A stretch of 64,000 bases of DNA from Azolla caroliniana (taxonomy: Eukaryota; Plantae; Polypodiophyta), in contig JBHGNT010000006.1 in assembly GCA_043228905.1 (NCBI GenBank), positions 13,206,001 through 13,270,000 on the forward strand, read 5' to 3'. Shown here one piece after another: positions 59,963-64,000 of the stretch; positions within the stretch are counted from its first letter, which is position 1; each line of letters opens with the position of its first letter. The notes under the pieces are model-generated. The model saw only the letters and a list, made by a program, of their open reading frames with translations, had not been told where the DNA came from and made no database searches. Made by a program: the position numbers and the translations under genes.

Positions 59963-62900
59963 GATGATAACAGAAGATATATTATGTGAAGAGTAAGTAC
60001 AAAAGGGTTATGAGGCTTAAGACTGGCGTTGAACCAATTTGGTTCAAAATAATGCCTAGTGCCTTCTTTTATAGTGTTCTCAGGAGTAATCCTAAAGCTT
60101 CTAGAATGTTCTAGAGAAATCTGGAATATACATTGATTTCCTATAATAAAACATTAATGAAAATAATATTCTATGTATTACAATAGATGGTATAATGGTC
60201 AAGAGCTCGACCCATATAACATAAGGTCATGGGTTCGACTCTTGCCATATCATGACACTATCTCCCCCTTTAGACGACGAGTGGAACGAGTTGGCACTGA
60301 TTGCGGACCGGGTTTGTCTGGATACTTTCGGTGGAACTCAACAAGAAGATCTTGAGCATTGGCGACATGCTCAACGACTTCCCAAGTACGTTCGCTCGGA
60401 CTATAGCCGAGCCAATCGACCAAATAATAAAGTTTGGAATCGAGGATGGCAACAACTTCATACTCCGGGTCGGCTTCCAACTCAAGCGGGGGTGGCGGTG
60501 GTGTAACACGATCGGGAATAGTGTTTGCTTTATAAGGTTCAAGAAGAGAGCTATGGAAAACTGGATGTATCTGAAGATGCGGAGAGAGATCAAGCCGGAA
60601 CGTGACATCATTAACCTTACTAGTAATACGGAAAGGACCGAGTCGTCGATAATCCAACTTGTCGCACAGTCGAGTAGTCTTGATGTGACGACGTCGATGG
60701 CAAAAGAGGAGGGAAGCCGATGACGATCCACATAAGTCTTCTATGTGTGTTGAGCATGACGAAGATGAGTAGAGAGATCAATCTGGATCTTGCGTAGCCT
60801 CTCCAAATGATCCTCGGCATGAGGATTGGTAGGTAGCTCCGGGGTGTTGATCACCGACCAGCGAGGATGAGAACCGGTATAAGCGTAAAATGGGGAGACC
60901 CGAGTCGAGGAGTGAACAACATTATTATATGCAAACTCCGCAAAATGGAGAATCTCGGCCCAATCGTCCTGTTGATAACTCAAAAAACACCGGAGATATT
61001 GTTCCATCGTTTGGTTTGTTCGTTCCACCTGCCCATCGGTCTGGGGATGGTAGCTGGAGGAGAGGTTGGAAGATACCTTGAGCATCTTGGAGAGATGCTG
61101 CCAAAATTTGGAGACGAATTGAGGTCCTCGGTCACTAATGATACTATCTGAGAGGCCATGATGCCGAAATACCTCACGCATGACAAGGGCGGTGGTTTCC
61201 TTGCTAGTGATGGCCTTAGTACATGGTACGAAATGTGCCATCTTAGTATATCGATCGACGACGGTTAAGATAACATCGAACCCCTTCGAGAACGGCTGAT
61301 CTGTGATAAAATCAAGACAAATAGACTGCCACGACTTACTTGGAATCGGTAAGGGTTCCAAAAAGCCATATGGATGGTGTCGGGGCATCTTTGCTTGGCA
61401 GCAAGCATCACAAGTCCGAACATAGTCGTCGACAAAACATCCCATATGGGGCCACCAAAAAGATCGTTGAACGAAATCCAACGTCTTAGTACTACCGAAA
61501 TGTCCCGTCGTATGGGTGTCGTCACAATTTTGGACGATTTGAAGGTGACAGGAGCAATCAGGGACATATACAAGCTTTTTAAAGATAGCAAACCATCATG
61601 ATATTCGAATTGTCGGTAGTCCATACCTGGTTGTTGAGATTGGGAACAAGATGCCCGAGAGGTATCAATGTGTGCCAGAATGTCTTGAGCAAAACTGTCT
61701 GTCTTCAAGTTCGCACGTATGGCATCGGTAATCCGGGAATCCATTGGGGTGTGAAAAATCCGCGTTGTGTGCAATCGTGTTGGTCCCAAGATTACTTGCT
61801 TTTGATTATCAAATGTTGGATCACCAGGACGAGGTGCAAGATATGAACGTCGTGATAGCGCATCTGGTTTTCCTTGTTGCGTCCCCGGTCGATATGTGAT
61901 TTTGAAGTCAAAACGCGTGAGGAATTGAGCCCACCGAGCTTGCCATCGATTTAGCACCTGAGCGTTCTGGAAATAAGCAAGATTTTTGTGATCACTAAAG
62001 ACGATGACCTGATGTGGAGCCTCTAAGAAATGCCGCCATTGCACAAAGGAATCCACGATGGCTAATAACTCCTTGTCATGTATTTCGTAGTTGATTTCCG
62101 CGGCATCGAATTTGCGTGAATGGAAAGCCACAAGATGTAACTCTTCTTTATCTCCTTGTTAAGAAAGGATGCTACCGAGGGCGAAATCCGATGCGTCGGC
62201 CTCCATGATGAATGGTTTTTTTGTATCCACATGAGCTAGAATAGGAGCTAATGTAAAGGCTTTCTTAAGATGCCGAAAAACCATGTCTGCTTCATTGGAC
62301 CAAAGAAATGCTTGTCCCTTCTTCGTAAGTTGTGTGAGAGGTAAAATAATCTTCGAGTAATCCTGTATAAACTTGCGGTAGAAGTTAGCAAAACCTAGAA
62401 AACATTGTACATCTTGTACTGACCATGGAATTTGCCACTCTAGCACAGTTTGGACTTTAGCTGGATCCATGGCGATGCCCTTTGAGGAGATGACGTAACC
62501 TAGAAATTCCACTTGCTTATAGTCAAAGCTACATTTTTCTACCTTGGCATAAAGACCATTCTCGCGGAGTCATTTTAGTACTAATAGTACATGAGAATCG
62601 TGCTCTTCTTGGGTCTTCGAATAAATCAATAGATCATCCAGATAGATGATCAAACAAATATCCAAGAGGTCTCTGAATATATCATTTGCCATGTGTTGGA
62701 AGACTGCGGATGCATTGGTTAGACCGAACGGCATAACAATATATTCGAAATGCCCATACCGTGTGCGAAAGGCAGTCTTCCATTCATCTCCTAGTCGGAT
62801 CCGCACGAGGTTATATGCTCCTCGTAGATCGATTTTTGTAAAAAACTTGGCACCATTAACTCGCTCTAAAAGACTTGATATAAGAGGAAGTGCATACCTA

Positions 62901-63590
62901 TTCCGAATGTTGACTTTATTCAAGCCGCGGTAGTCAACGACGAGAAGAAGTGAGCCATCTTTCTTCTTGACAAAGAAGATGGGTGCACTGGCCGGAGATT
63001 TCGAATGACGAATAAACCCGCTTGCCAAGTTCTCCTCTATGTAGGCTCGAAGGACTTCTAACTCGGTGGGTGACAAGTTGTAAATTGCTCCCCATGGTGG
63101 CTCTGTTCCTGGTTGTAAATCGATGGGACAATCATAGGGACGATGATGAGGAAGAGTATCGGTTTTTACCTTGTCAAATACATTGGCATAAGGATGATAT
63201 TTTGTTGAAAGTTGCACTAGGGATTCCTTCTTAATAGTGCTGGAAGGATGTATTGATATTGCAAATAGGAACATTGCCTCCTTGTGTCCTTCTTCGCGTA
63301 ATTATGTAATTCAAACCAAGGTAATCCCAAGACAATGGGATGCTCTGGACTACTAATTATATTAAATGATACTACACACACAAAACTACCTAGGACTCTT
63401 CTACAATATTCCCGGAAGCAATGGGACGACCATCAATGACTACTACAGATGTGGGGCAAGGAAGTTTTCTTAAGGATATCTGAGAAGCTTGGGCAAAATT
63501 TCGATCCATGAAACAGGAATTAGCTCTGGAATCTAGAAGTGCTAGGACGTGTACTGGGGGAGTACTTTTAGTACTAACCATAGATTGACA
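59787..63590 (-). mobile_element. T2: 5'-truncated Tcn1-like chromovirus with PR-RT-RH-IN-chromodomain and 3' LTR (59787-60257)
   Basis: [62 protein letters not shown]; PPT AAGGGGGAGATAG 60258-60270; LTR TGTCATGA...CTTGACA. Confidence 0.92.
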
Positions 63591-64000
63591 TATTCGCATT
63601 CGCGGGGGTTCCCATTCGAATACAAACGAATATGAATACGAATACGAATGGGTAGTCAAGTATTCGTTTAACCCACCCCCCCCCCAAAAAAAAAAAACTT
63701 TTGTTTTTAAAATTTCCTAAGATAAAAAAAAAGAACTTAACAATAAATAAGGATAATAAAAGAGTGACTTTGGGGACTTGACACTACTAAAATTTTATAA
63801 TAAATGTATAGTCGTTTTATTTTTAATAAATAAATAAAATAAAATAAAGGCTCATTAATTTCTCACTTTTTATTTCCTCAAATTTTATGGATATTTTTAT
63901 CTTGACATTAAAAATGGTACTTCAAACTAATCATATCTTCAAAGTTCATACTAATAATATTTGTATAATAAATATAAAAATATTCTTTTTAAAAAAATTA
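63591..64000. repeat. ATTCG/CGAAT motif cluster followed by very AT-rich DNA; possible end of a non-autonomous DNA transposon
   Basis: ATTCGCATTCG...CGAATACAAACGAATATGAATACGAATACGAAT, placed where T2 breaks off. Confidence 0.3.

Noticed and set aside
5401-60257. T1 and T2 LTRs as the two ends of one giant element
   Set aside because: They are inverted, and each is a 3' LTR with its own PPT and pol

Overview
This 64-kb window has no recognisable host gene. It is a eukaryotic (plant-like, probably bryophyte; inference) island made almost entirely of nested LTR retrotransposons, and most boundaries can be fixed by TG...CA termini, PBS/PPT and target-site duplications (TSDs). The labels below are mine. 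Two 5'-truncated Tcn1-like chromoviruses (T1 +, 1821-5820; T2 -, 59787-63590) bracket a decayed Athila/Tat-like Ty3/gypsy element (A, 8286 to about 59771). A hosts copia K1 (10941-21823, which contains copia L1, 15418-20833) and a tRNA-Trp-primed gypsy, B (23984-57944). B contains near-intact copia H (25303-30862), Trp-primed gypsy C (33852-46510, intact apart from intact copia L2 at 38109-43480) and non-autonomous Trp-primed E (48085-56855, containing copia K2 at 49582-54992). The most unusual system is the B/C/E group. It has a tRNA-Trp PBS, 4-bp CpG-centred TSDs, a -1 frameshift cassette between protease and RT, and, in C, a tRNA-like segment in the LTR U3. Other oddities are a duplicated PPT with a pol tail in the K copia family and a gag capsid swap between L1 and L2. 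All identities were estimated by eye; no searches were run.
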